Below, piece after piece: positions 28,575 to 38,499 of a DNA stretch of 64,000 nt. Under the pieces are notes generated by a model. It saw nothing but the letters and a program-made list of their open reading frames with translations. It searched no databases and was not told where the DNA came from. The stretch's first letter is position 1. Each line of letters opens with the position of its first letter. A program made the position numbers and the translations under genes. This DNA comes from a virus: the IMG/VR virus record IMGVR_UViG_3300009126_000404, positions 1-64,000 of that record; one strand, given 5' to 3'.

Positions 28575-29748
28575 ATTATTTTATATGGGCCTTGAACCTT
28601 ACGAAGGTAGATACACATTACAGTTACAAGACTGGAGTGAAGAGGCTTTTAAAGAACGTGGTATAGATTATGTAATCGTGCCAGGTAAAACTATCGACAA
28701 TACTAAATCAATTTCAGTAGGACAAGTGTTAGACGCACATGGTCGTTCATACTTTGGTATGAGTCAGCTCATGAACCTGGTACAAATGATGCGTAACGGA
28801 GAGTGCGGAGGAGAAGATGTAGTATTTTTTGAAGATATGTTTCAACCCGGTATTGAAAGTCTTCCATACATTATGTGTCAAATTCCAAAAGAACAACAAC
28901 CAAAGATTTATTTACGTTGTTTAGCACAAGCAATTGACCCTGATGACTTTGTTCATGTATGGGGTATGAGTAAGTGGATGAGTTTGTATGAACGTATGTG
29001 TAACGAAATACCAAATGTACACATACTAGCAACAAACGAAGAAATGGTTGCTCATATGAGAATTGCTAATTGGAATGCACCTATCTATAATATTTCAGGT
29101 TTAAGTTTTGGCAAGAGGGAAGTGCTCTCCAGAATTAACAACCAAGTTAAGCCATGGGCAGAACGTAGTGACAGAGTGGTGTTTGCCGCACGTTTTGATC
29201 AGGAGAAGCAACCAGACTTCTTCATGGATATTATTGAGATGGTGAAGGCTATTAATCCTAATATTGAATTTGCAGTACTAAGTGGCGGACCGTTGCGTAG
29301 TAACAATCAAAAGTATTTGGATAGAGCCTTACAAATGGAAGCGGATGGCAAACTTACAATCCTAAAAGACTTACAAAAGAATGAATACTATAATGTAGTT
29401 AATGATTCTAAAGTAATGTTTAATTGTGCATTGCAAGACTGGGTATCAAATACTGTCAGTGAAGCAGATGCATTGGGTTGTAATGTTGTTTATCCTGCAT
29501 ACAGAAGTTTTCCAGAAACGTTTGCAAACGATCATACAAGACTTTATATGCCTTGGAGCAAGGAAGATGCAGTAAGCAAAATCCTTACAGGTATTGAAGC
29601 ACCAAGTAAAAACATGGGTAAGATTAGTGATCACACTAATGGTACTATTGATCGTATGCTTGATATTATGGAAGGTAGTTATAAACACAACAATTGGTTA
29701 CGTAATGGAAATAGATATAGAGATCATGTAGCAAAGGAAAAATATTAA
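28567..29748 (+). CDS. GT-B fold (GT4-like) glycosyltransferase
   Basis: VVFAARFDQEKQP and SNTVSEADALGCNVVYP; start ATG 28567 (MRKLFYMG). Confidence 0.75.
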   Translation: MRKLFYMGLEPYEGRYTLQLQDWSEEAFKERGIDYVIVPGKTIDNTKSISVGQVLDAHGRSYFGMSQLMNLVQMMRNGECGGEDVVFFEDMFQPGIESLPYIMCQIPKEQQPKIYLRCLAQAIDPDDFVHVWGMSKWMSLYERMCNEIPNVHILATNEEMVAHMRIANWNAPIYNISGLSFGKREVLSRINNQVKPWAERSDRVVFAARFDQEKQPDFFMDIIEMVKAINPNIEFAVLSGGPLRSNNQKYLDRALQMEADGKLTILKDLQKNEYYNVVNDSKVMFNCALQDWVSNTVSEADALGCNVVYPAYRSFPETFANDHTRLYMPWSKEDAVSKILTGIEAPSKNMGKISDHTNGTIDRMLDIMEGSYKHNNWLRNGNRYRDHVAKEKY

Positions 29749-30707
29749 TGAAAGTATTAGTAACAGGAGCATCAGGATATATAGGATCACAAACTTGTAA
29801 CTACCTACATCAACAAGGACATACTCTATCTGGTGTAGATAGAAATATAATTAAACATCGATATTGTAGAGAAACTTATATTGGTAATTACAGTGATAAT
29901 GTAATGGATATTATGTTACAAAATGTAGATGCAGTTGTTCATATTGGTGCAACAAGTTTAGTAGGACCTAGTGTATTAGATCCTAGTAAGTATTATAATA
30001 ATAATGTAGTAGGAACTCTAAAACTACTAGATGCTTGTAATAAGAATGGAGTTAAACGTTTTGTTTTTGCAAGTAGTGCCGCAGTATATGGAGAACCAAA
30101 CGGTGGAGTAGGTTTAGAAACTGAACAACACCAACCTATGAATCCATATGGATGGAGCAAACGTATGACAGAAATTATGTTAAATGATTATGCTACTGCA
30201 TATGGAATGAATAGTGTTAGTTTACGTTTCTTTAATGTTGCAGGTGCAGACACACTTATGCTACATGGACAAGAAAAAGCCGCTACACATATTATTGCTA
30301 AACTTATAGAAATGACTATGCAAGGAAAAGAATTCACATTAAATGGTGGAGATTTTAATACACCTGATGGAACTTGTGTAAGAGATTATATACACGTAGA
30401 AGATGTGGCAAGAGCAATAGAAAACGCAATAACTTATACAAAAAATAACAATGGAGCATATATATTTAATTTGGGTAACAAACAAGGTTATAGTAATTTA
30501 GAAATTGTAGAAGCAGTAAAAAGAAACACACCTCTAAAACCTAATGTTAAAATAGGACCTGCTAGAGAAGGTGACCCTGCAACCTTAGTTGCAAATCCTG
30601 AACTAGCAAACGTAGAATTAAATTGGACACCAAAATATAATCTTGACACAATTGTTAAAACAGCATATAATTGGTATAAACAAAAAAACGACATGGAGAA
30701 AAAATAA
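29748..30707 (+). CDS. galE: UDP-glucose 4-epimerase (extended SDR)
   Basis: VLVTGASGYIG, ASSAAVYG, NPYGWSK (YxxxK), LRFFNVAGA, GTCVRDYIHV. Confidence 0.9.
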   Translation: MKVLVTGASGYIGSQTCNYLHQQGHTLSGVDRNIIKHRYCRETYIGNYSDNVMDIMLQNVDAVVHIGATSLVGPSVLDPSKYYNNNVVGTLKLLDACNKNGVKRFVFASSAAVYGEPNGGVGLETEQHQPMNPYGWSKRMTEIMLNDYATAYGMNSVSLRFFNVAGADTLMLHGQEKAATHIIAKLIEMTMQGKEFTLNGGDFNTPDGTCVRDYIHVEDVARAIENAITYTKNNNGAYIFNLGNKQGYSNLEIVEAVKRNTPLKPNVKIGPAREGDPATLVANPELANVELNWTPKYNLDTIVKTAYNWYKQKNDMEKK

Positions 30708-31385
30708 GTGGAAATAAGCAACGTAATTAAGCAAAGGATATTAGCAAAGAATAAAAGATTTCATTGTAATGATAATATATCTGAATTCATAGAAGAAGGT
30801 GAATTAGATTTACTACAACAAGAAGTAGAAGGAAAGTTACAAGGAGTGTTAGAAAGTCTTGTAATTGACACAGATAACGATCACAATACAAAAGAAACTG
30901 CAAAACGTGTAGCAAAGATGTATGTAAAAGAAACATTTGGTGGTAGATATGAACCAATGCCAAGAGTTACAAGTTTTCCTAATATGGGATATAAGAGTAT
31001 GTACACTAGTGGTCCAATTAGTATTAAGTCAACATGTGCTCACCACTTACAAAATATAGTAGGTAATGCTTGGGTAGGTATTATTCCAAATGGTGAAGTA
31101 ATTGGATTAAGTAAGTTCAACAGAATTATACATCACATTGTTGAAAGACCACAAATACAAGAAGAAATGACAACACAGATTGCCAATGCATTACAAGAAT
31201 ATGCACAGACAACACATATTGCAGTAGTAGTTAAAGCAGAACATCATTGTATGACACACAGAGGCATACGTGAACATGAATCAGATATGACAACGGCAAT
31301 CATGTTAGGTGCATTTAAAGAAGACCCGGCAACAAGAGATGAATTTTATAAAATTTGTATGAGCATGAAGGGGCATAATTCGTAA
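30708..31385 (+). CDS. folE: GTP cyclohydrolase I
   Basis: TAKRVAKMY, STCAHHLQ, GLSKFNR, RPQIQE, AEHHCMTHRG; GTG start. Confidence 0.95.
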   Translation: MEISNVIKQRILAKNKRFHCNDNISEFIEEGELDLLQQEVEGKLQGVLESLVIDTDNDHNTKETAKRVAKMYVKETFGGRYEPMPRVTSFPNMGYKSMYTSGPISIKSTCAHHLQNIVGNAWVGIIPNGEVIGLSKFNRIIHHIVERPQIQEEMTTQIANALQEYAQTTHIAVVVKAEHHCMTHRGIREHESDMTTAIMLGAFKEDPATRDEFYKICMSMKGHNS

Positions 31386-31882
31386 TGGCAATTAAGAAAA
31401 TATACTACACTTGGAAAGACGTAAAACATATGTGTGGACAAATCATTAATCAACTTTATAAAGATCAATGGAAACCAGATTATATAGTAGGAATTACAAG
31501 AGGAGGTAATGTACCTGCTACTATTTTAAGTAATACAACTGGAATTAGATGTGAAGCATTAAAAGTTTCTTTACGAGATGGGGAGTCTGGTAAGTATGGA
31601 GATAGCATTGAATGGATGGCTGAGGATGCTTTAAAAGGTAAAAAGATTTTAATAGTAGATGACATTAATGATACTGGTGCTACATTTAAATGGATTAGTG
31701 ATGATTGGAAACTTAATGGACGAGCAGGCGCCTATAACAATGTTCGTTTTGCTGTTTTAACTGAGAACTTATCAAGTGATTTTGATGGTGTTAATTATTG
31801 GTGCCATGAAGTAAACAAAGCAGAAGAAGATGTTTGGTTAGTTTATCCTTGGGAAGGCGATAGAGAGTATGGACAAATATAA
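31385..31882 (+). CDS. type I phosphoribosyltransferase (Gpt-like)
   Basis: IVGITRGG, ILIVDDINDTGAT PRPP loop, WLVYPWE. Confidence 0.88.
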   Translation: MAIKKIYYTWKDVKHMCGQIINQLYKDQWKPDYIVGITRGGNVPATILSNTTGIRCEALKVSLRDGESGKYGDSIEWMAEDALKGKKILIVDDINDTGATFKWISDDWKLNGRAGAYNNVRFAVLTENLSSDFDGVNYWCHEVNKAEEDVWLVYPWEGDREYGQI

Positions 31883-33041
31883 TGTATCAAAAATATTAGA
31901 AGCACCTACTTCAGATGTTCCTTGGAAACATAAAATAATTCGCAATGCATTAAATACTGCAACAGTTATTTCATTATTAAAAGTATTTAATAGAATAGAT
32001 TGGGATAATGCACCAAAAGATAATTTTGAAGACGGAATTTATACAAAAGATATATCAAAAGAATTTATTTCTTCTTTGCCATCTTCACTGGCCAAGCAAG
32101 TACTTACTGAATTAAAAAGCCCAGAAGCACACGAATTATTACTCCAACATTATAACATAGATTATAGTACTGGCTATAATGCTAGTCTTGTATTTGACTA
32201 TTGTGACCCGGCAGGACTTAATGAAGAACACAATGATGCAGGTCCACGTAAAGACACTTTAACATTACAATATTATTTGCAAGTAGACGATGCATCAAGG
32301 TCATTGTATTTAAATGATATGGACACAGGTGCCACATCTAGTGATGCAGTTATATTTAAAAGTCAACCTCACACGATGCATAGTTTTAAAGCTGGCCCAG
32401 GAAAACGATTCAGTTTACGTTTACGTATAGGAACTAATATATTAAATCCATCAGTTATACAAAATAAAAGTAACAGCAAAATTGGTGTATTAATTGATTG
32501 CAAAGATATGGAAAGTGATAGTTTGCATAAATTATTAGAAGTCAACTTAGGTGCAGTAACATATAGAAATTTAATTCAACATGGATTTAGCAATATTGTA
32601 GTTTTTAGAGATCGTAATGATTTTAACGTAGCAAAAAACTTATTAAAAGAACATGGTGTAGAAAGAATACTACTAGTATTTGCTGGTGCAACTGTAAATG
32701 AACAAACATTAGACGCAGTAATATCAGCAAAACACATAACAGCACCAGTTGACGGTGATACAGTACTTCGTCAATTTGTAGTATTTGATATTAATGATAG
32801 TGAGTTTGATATAGTAGGCGATTATTTAGGTAATGTTAAAAACAAAATAACTCATGCTGACATGATGGATTTAGGTATTGCTGTATTACATCCTGACAAA
32901 GAAACTGTAGATTTTTTAGGAGAAATTAGCGAATACATGATACCAAATGGATTAGATGATAATATGAGTGACTATGATAAACAACTAGCAAATATTATTA
33001 AAAAAAGAGTAAGTAAAATAGAATATGAAGACACAAGTTGA
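31869..33041 (+). CDS. two-domain protein: 2OG-Fe(II) oxygenase N-domain plus unassigned alpha/beta C-domain
   Basis: HNDAG (HxD) ... HTMHSF ... RFSLRL jelly-roll signature in the first 200 aa. Confidence 0.6.
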   Translation: MDKYNVSKILEAPTSDVPWKHKIIRNALNTATVISLLKVFNRIDWDNAPKDNFEDGIYTKDISKEFISSLPSSLAKQVLTELKSPEAHELLLQHYNIDYSTGYNASLVFDYCDPAGLNEEHNDAGPRKDTLTLQYYLQVDDASRSLYLNDMDTGATSSDAVIFKSQPHTMHSFKAGPGKRFSLRLRIGTNILNPSVIQNKSNSKIGVLIDCKDMESDSLHKLLEVNLGAVTYRNLIQHGFSNIVVFRDRNDFNVAKNLLKEHGVERILLVFAGATVNEQTLDAVISAKHITAPVDGDTVLRQFVVFDINDSEFDIVGDYLGNVKNKITHADMMDLGIAVLHPDKETVDFLGEISEYMIPNGLDDNMSDYDKQLANIIKKRVSKIEYEDTS

Positions 33042-33609
33042 AATTGAAATTTATGGATATGGTGGTGAATTAGTAATTGGGTCAATTACTAAAGCACAGT
33101 TTGATTATTGGCTTCCATTCATTGATAAAGGAGAAACAGAAGGATTAGATAGTCATTTATTTTGGGACCCATATGATGAAGGTGAAGGCAACCCAATTAC
33201 TGATGAAAAAGATTCTTGTTTTCTTGGATATTGGCATGATATGGACAATATAGCACACTCATGTGGTGCAGATTTAGATTCATGTACAGTTGTAGTAACA
33301 TCATTAGAAACAGGCGATGAAATATTTAAAACAGACGAACCTAATGTATCAGATACTGAACATTATGAAGATACTCAACTTGACCCAGGTTATTACTTTA
33401 AAGGATATGCTTATGAAAAAGGGCAATTTTTTCTTACAGAACTTGAAATAGAAGGTAAATTTGACCCTAATAAATTAACTGTAAGAATAAGCAATATTGA
33501 TGGCAATCATATCATTGATCAGGTAGAATATGACGGAGAATACCTAGAAAATGAAGGTGGAGGCACAAATGGGAAGGGTAATGACTATGAATTTGTCGAA
33601 ATTCCATAG
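33025..33609 (+). CDS. acidic hypothetical protein
   Basis: 194-aa ORF, IYGYGGE, very D/E-rich. Confidence 0.7.
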   Translation: MKTQVEIEIYGYGGELVIGSITKAQFDYWLPFIDKGETEGLDSHLFWDPYDEGEGNPITDEKDSCFLGYWHDMDNIAHSCGADLDSCTVVVTSLETGDEIFKTDEPNVSDTEHYEDTQLDPGYYFKGYAYEKGQFFLTELEIEGKFDPNKLTVRISNIDGNHIIDQVEYDGEYLENEGGGTNGKGNDYEFVEIP

Positions 33610-33637
33610 ATTTTACCTAAAAACCGATGTTTCTTGG

Positions 33638-33666
33638 TTGACAAATAACATATTTTCTGTTATTAT
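33638..33666 (+). promoter_or_regulatory. sigma70-type promoter overlapped by an inverted repeat
   Basis: TTGACA (33638-33643), 17 bp, TATTAT (33661-33666); AATAACA-N7-TGTTATT at 33644-33664. Confidence 0.75.
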
Positions 33667-33701
33667 ATGTATACAATAACCATAAAAGTCAGGAGACTAC
33701 A

Positions 33702-36395
33702 ATGAAAAAACTTATTGCAACTGCGATAATGGGCATAGCAATTGCCTTTACGTCGCTTTCGGCATCTGCATATACAAGTTATTATGATGCAAATTGGTTC
33801 CAAAACATGGATCAAATGCGTCAAATTAATTTTGCAAAATCAGTCGTACGTAATTATCAGAACATTAATCAAAATTATGCAATTATCTTTGACAAATATT
33901 CTCGTTATAGCCATCTAAGTTGGTATAAAACTATTCAGACACGATATGAATGGCATTTAGGCGAAATCGCCAAGTACAATACTATTATTAATTCAGATAT
34001 TGCACCTAAAGTTGTACGTACTTATGTAGAAGAAGTACCTGGAACAATTATTAATCGTGGTACTATGATCACTACTACAGACAATAATGTTGTTGAAGAA
34101 CAAGATGGTAACACAATTCGAGAGTATGCAGTAATTACTGTTACTCGAACTACACCGGTTACAACTACATATTATACTAATTACAAAACTGTTAGTGTAT
34201 ATGATAACGGTAAAGAAACGTATCAAAACGATGTAAAAATTGATCGTAAAGAAACTATAAATGAAATTGATATACAAGTTGATCGTGAACTTATTAGAGA
34301 ATATGCTCTTGTTATTCCGGAAGAAAAAACGGAAGAACCAGACGCACCTACTATAATTGTATTTACAGAAGCAGAATATCTTGCTAGAGGTGATGTTAAC
34401 TACACAGTAAGTGACAGTTATTACAATGCCGTTAAAACAATGAACAGTAATATTAACGATAGTTACATTGAAAAGTTAGGTGGGTACTTTGGTAACAATC
34501 TAGATAAGATTGGAGCACCAGCGGCATGGTCTCGTGGATACACTGGTGAAGGTAGTATAATTGCAATCTTTGATACTGGTATTGACACAGACCATAGTGA
34601 GTTTGAAGATAGTATTATTGAAGCAAAATGTTTTACAAATGTATGTGAACGTGGACTTGGAACTGTAGAAGATGGTAACAGGTTTGGACACGGAACACAC
34701 GTGGCAGGTATTGCCGCGGCAAACTTAGATGGTGTTGGTACTACAGGTGTAGCCTATGATGCAGACTTACTTATTGGTAAACTTGCATACGATAGTGGGT
34801 ATTTCCAATTTGATAAAATACCTGAGGCAATGAAGTGGGCAGTAGAAAACGGTGCAGATGTAGTAAACATTAGTGCTGGTACAACTACAAGTTGGGCATA
34901 TCGAAACAGTCTTACAGAAATTAGCGAAGGTGTTTACTATGCAGACATGACATTTGGTGATTACAATGTTCTTGGATATAACCAAATATATTCTACAAAT
35001 GGCCATGGTACTGCAATGATTGAGTCAATGAAAGGTCACGAAACTGTAATGGTTCTTGCCGCTGGTAATGATCGACTTGCAGTGGCTAGTCAAGAATCAC
35101 ATATTGCTCTTGATTCTGAAATTGGTGATCGTGTACTTGTAGTTGGTATGTTTGACGAAAGGAAGAACAGCCTTAGTAAGTGGAGCAATGCGGCAGGAAC
35201 TATTTGTCGAGAACTTAATGATGATGGCACTTGTAAATCCGATGCTCTTATTAGCGATAGGTATATTATGGCACCTGGTGTATATATTGCGGCACCAACT
35301 AACAATGGTGAATATACAACACTCACAGGTACATCGATGGCGGCCCCTCATGTAGCAGGTGCAGTTGCAATTGTACATCAAATGTGGCCACATATGACTG
35401 GTGCTAACCTTACTAAACTTTTGCTTAACACGGCAGATACAGAAGTTATTACAAATTACGATCCTAATAAACATGGACAAGGTATGCTAGACTTAGATGA
35501 AGCAACACTACCACAAGGTGCTATTGGATTAGTTACCACAGGTAGAATTGATGATAATAGAGTTAATATAAGTGACAGTGGTGTAATTGCAATGAGTGGT
35601 AATGCAAACATTTCAGCATTAAGTTCAATGATGGTAGCTGATGAGTATGATAGAGATTATTACTTTGACGCTAATAACATGGTACAAACAATAGATACAA
35701 GGACAGCAAGTCCAACATTAGCGGCAATGCATGGCTTCGCTCCAGATTACTACTTAGGTTTTAATGGTGGTAGTATTATTCCTGTAACAAACTCAGGAAC
35801 ACATATTGCACTTAATGATAATAATAACAATGTAAGTATTATGCAAACTTGGAATAAACTTACAGTAGGACTTGTAAACGAATCAGATAGGTTCTTAGGT
35901 AACTTTGCAGATAATGAATTTATGAGAGTTAACAATTCTAATACTGCATATTTTGGATATAGTGATAGCATAGAGTTAAACAATGGTATAAGTGTATTTG
36001 GTAATGCAACAATAGGTGCTACACGACTTGATGTAGACAATAGTTCTATGCTTAAAAGTGCAGATGTTATGATGTCTAATAGTGCTACACTTGGTGTGTC
36101 ACAAACAACAGGTGGCAGTACATTTGGATTTGTAACAAGTATGCCAGTTAGTATTACAAGCGGTGACGCACACTTTAATATTCCTAGCAGTGTTACTCCT
36201 GAAGGTGATGTTGTAAGCACAGACATTAACAGTTCATTAAAGGCTGACAAGAGAGAAATTGATGTTGGAATATTTTATATAAATAGGATTACAGATACAT
36301 CTTCGTGGACGGCAAATGTTGAAATGCGAAATAATTATGCAGGTTTAGATGAAACACAAGTAACTGCAGGTATAACATATAGGTTAGCATTTTAA
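33702..36395 (+). CDS. exported subtilisin-like (S8) serine peptidase with a putative C-terminal beta-barrel
   Basis: Signal peptide; triad IFDTGID / HGTHVAG / GTSMAAPHVAG; AAGN oxyanion hole; beta-strand-like C-terminus ending YRLAF. Confidence 0.9.
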   Translation: MKKLIATAIMGIAIAFTSLSASAYTSYYDANWFQNMDQMRQINFAKSVVRNYQNINQNYAIIFDKYSRYSHLSWYKTIQTRYEWHLGEIAKYNTIINSDIAPKVVRTYVEEVPGTIINRGTMITTTDNNVVEEQDGNTIREYAVITVTRTTPVTTTYYTNYKTVSVYDNGKETYQNDVKIDRKETINEIDIQVDRELIREYALVIPEEKTEEPDAPTIIVFTEAEYLARGDVNYTVSDSYYNAVKTMNSNINDSYIEKLGGYFGNNLDKIGAPAAWSRGYTGEGSIIAIFDTGIDTDHSEFEDSIIEAKCFTNVCERGLGTVEDGNRFGHGTHVAGIAAANLDGVGTTGVAYDADLLIGKLAYDSGYFQFDKIPEAMKWAVENGADVVNISAGTTTSWAYRNSLTEISEGVYYADMTFGDYNVLGYNQIYSTNGHGTAMIESMKGHETVMVLAAGNDRLAVASQESHIALDSEIGDRVLVVGMFDERKNSLSKWSNAAGTICRELNDDGTCKSDALISDRYIMAPGVYIAAPTNNGEYTTLTGTSMAAPHVAGAVAIVHQMWPHMTGANLTKLLLNTADTEVITNYDPNKHGQGMLDLDEATLPQGAIGLVTTGRIDDNRVNISDSGVIAMSGNANISALSSMMVADEYDRDYYFDANNMVQTIDTRTASPTLAAMHGFAPDYYLGFNGGSIIPVTNSGTHIALNDNNNNVSIMQTWNKLTVGLVNESDRFLGNFADNEFMRVNNSNTAYFGYSDSIELNNGISVFGNATIGATRLDVDNSSMLKSADVMMSNSATLGVSQTTGGSTFGFVTSMPVSITSGDAHFNIPSSVTPEGDVVSTDINSSLKADKREIDVGIFYINRITDTSSWTANVEMRNNYAGLDETQVTAGITYRLAF

Positions 36396-37033
36396 TGGAA
36401 GTACAGTCAACACAAAACATTTATCAATTTCCAAAAGCAGTAACAATGGATACAGGAATATATAATAAACGAGGCAAACTTGAAGTCATTGCAGGACCCA
36501 TGTTTGCTGGTAAGAGCAGTGAGTTACTTAAACGACTACTCTTTATAGAACACGGTGGACATAAAGTGCTGGTGTTAAAACCGATTGTGGACGACAGATA
36601 TCATAGTGAAAACAAAGATGAAATCGTAACACATAATAAATTAAGACACCCAGCCGTATCAGTAATTGACTTAGAACTAGTCAAAGACAATTACACAATT
36701 AAACCATATAACTTTCATTCAGTGTTTATTGATGAAGTACAATTCTTTGATACAAATGAAACTGTATGGTTTGTAGAAGAAGGTTTACGTTCAGGCGTAA
36801 ACTTTGCAATAGCAGGTCTTGACCAAGACAGCAGAGGAGTGCCATTTGAAACTACCGCACGTATGCTATCATTAGCAGATGAAGTAGTTAAAATTAAAGC
36901 ATTCTGTACAGTATGCGGTATTGATGCTGGTAAAACACAAAGACTAAAAGCAACAAAAAACTCAGAGAGAGTAAAAATTGGTGGTGCTGAATCGTACGAA
37001 CCGAGGTGCCATGAACATTGGGAGCCCAAATAA
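36395..37033 (+). CDS. tdk: thymidine kinase (type II)
   Basis: GPMFAGKSSEL, FIDEVQFF, CTVCG...YEPRC. Confidence 0.95.
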   Translation: MEVQSTQNIYQFPKAVTMDTGIYNKRGKLEVIAGPMFAGKSSELLKRLLFIEHGGHKVLVLKPIVDDRYHSENKDEIVTHNKLRHPAVSVIDLELVKDNYTIKPYNFHSVFIDEVQFFDTNETVWFVEEGLRSGVNFAIAGLDQDSRGVPFETTARMLSLADEVVKIKAFCTVCGIDAGKTQRLKATKNSERVKIGGAESYEPRCHEHWEPK

Positions 37034-37034
37034 A

Positions 37035-37523
37035 ATGAAATACAAATACGTAAGTACAAAAGAGTATGTAGATCAGTTTCCTGTCGCTTATAGGCAATGG
37101 AAGGCTGATAGTCACTGTAACATTATTCATGGATACAGTTTTAGCATGAAGTTTTTCTTCGGTGCAAATGACCTGGATATTCGTAATTGGGTAGCAGATT
37201 ACGGAGGTATGAAAGAACTTAAACAAATGCTACAAGATCAATTTGATCATACACTATTAGTTGCATCAGATGACCCTCATATTGATTGGTATAAAGAAGC
37301 CGAGAAACGTGGCATTGCAAAACTAATTGAACTTCCAAAACTTGGGTGTGAAGGATTAGCAGATCAATTATACAAATATGTAAATGGAATATACATTCCA
37401 GATATGTGGGGGCAATCAGAAGCAAAACGACTATGGTGTTTCAGAGTAGAAGTACGTGAAACACAAACTAATATGGCATATAGAGAAGGTCATAGAGAAG
37501 ATAACGAAGATTTATTTGCATAG
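37035..37523 (+). CDS. queD: 6-carboxy-5,6,7,8-tetrahydropterin synthase
   Basis: HCNIIHGYS, FDHTLL, CEGLA, EVRETQTN; start at ATG 37035. Confidence 0.88.
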   Translation: MKYKYVSTKEYVDQFPVAYRQWKADSHCNIIHGYSFSMKFFFGANDLDIRNWVADYGGMKELKQMLQDQFDHTLLVASDDPHIDWYKEAEKRGIAKLIELPKLGCEGLADQLYKYVNGIYIPDMWGQSEAKRLWCFRVEVRETQTNMAYREGHREDNEDLFA

Positions 37524-37550
37524 GAGGTGGCATAAAAACTAAATACATAT

Positions 37551-38183
37551 ATGCTACTAAATAGCCCATTAGAAATAGAACTTACAACAAAATGCACTCT
37601 TGGATGCCCTGCTTGTCCACGTAATAATCCTGGAGAGAAAAAAGAAGATTGGGATGTAGGGCATATGGACACAGACCTTGCTAAAAGTTTCGCAAACGAT
37701 TCAGAAGACCGTTCCTATCTTTTTGTAGGATGTTATGGTGATCCAATATATCATCCAGACTTTATAGACATTGTACGATACTATGTGGATAGAAATAAGG
37801 TTCTTACTATCCATACTAATGGTAGTTTTAAAAAACAAAAATGGTGGGACGAATTAGCAAGTCTTAATTGGTCACGTAGGCAAATATTTAACTTTAGTGT
37901 AGATGGACTAGAAGAAACTAATCACTTATACAGAATTCGTGCAAACTGGAAATCCATTATGATGGGAATGAAAACAATGGGAGCACTTCCGTTAGATCGC
38001 AAACCTAATTTAGATTGGAAATATTTGGTATTTCCATACAACAAATATCAAGTAGAAGATGCAAGAAAACTTGCAAATAGTTTAGGAATGGATAGATTTC
38101 TTCCTGTTACAAGTGAAAGAAATATTAAAGATTATCATGCTGATGATCCAGAAATATATAGGTGGCCAAATGATAAAGCCTAG
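37551..38183 (+). CDS. radical SAM core domain only
   Basis: CTLGCPAC, GCYGDP, IHTNGS, FSVDGLE; stops before the SPASM-like region. Confidence 0.85.
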   Translation: MLLNSPLEIELTTKCTLGCPACPRNNPGEKKEDWDVGHMDTDLAKSFANDSEDRSYLFVGCYGDPIYHPDFIDIVRYYVDRNKVLTIHTNGSFKKQKWWDELASLNWSRRQIFNFSVDGLEETNHLYRIRANWKSIMMGMKTMGALPLDRKPNLDWKYLVFPYNKYQVEDARKLANSLGMDRFLPVTSERNIKDYHADDPEIYRWPNDKA

Positions 38184-38490
38184 ATGTTTACTACACAACA
38201 TGCCTATGTTTTTATCTGCTGATAACAAATTAAAGCCTTGTTGTTTTTTAAATCCAATTGAAACATGGAATGAATTTAAAAAATGGGGAGAAGATAATGG
38301 GTTAGATGTAGACGGTGATTTGGATATAACAAAACATAATATAGAAACAATATTAAAAAGTAAAACATGGACTATGTTAATAGAGGGATTTAAAACAGGT
38401 AATACTCCAGAAGAGTGTCATCTTAAATGTGGGCCTGATAGTTATAGCAGTACAAATCAAACTTCCTTACATAGTGACTATAAAAAATAG
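38170..38490 (+). CDS. stand-alone SPASM/twitch-type Fe-S domain
   Basis: PRCL...LKPCCF...ECHLKC matches the C-termini of 5867 and 18339; ATG 38170 overlaps the previous gene by 14 nt. Confidence 0.75.
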   Translation: MIKPRCLLHNMPMFLSADNKLKPCCFLNPIETWNEFKKWGEDNGLDVDGDLDITKHNIETILKSKTWTMLIEGFKTGNTPEECHLKCGPDSYSSTNQTSLHSDYKK

Positions 38491-38499
38491 GAAATTAAA

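Noticed and set aside
33993-36250. Several 66-166 aa minus-strand ORFs opposite the S8 protease
   Set aside because: Antisense to a strongly supported gene; no RBS or motifs.
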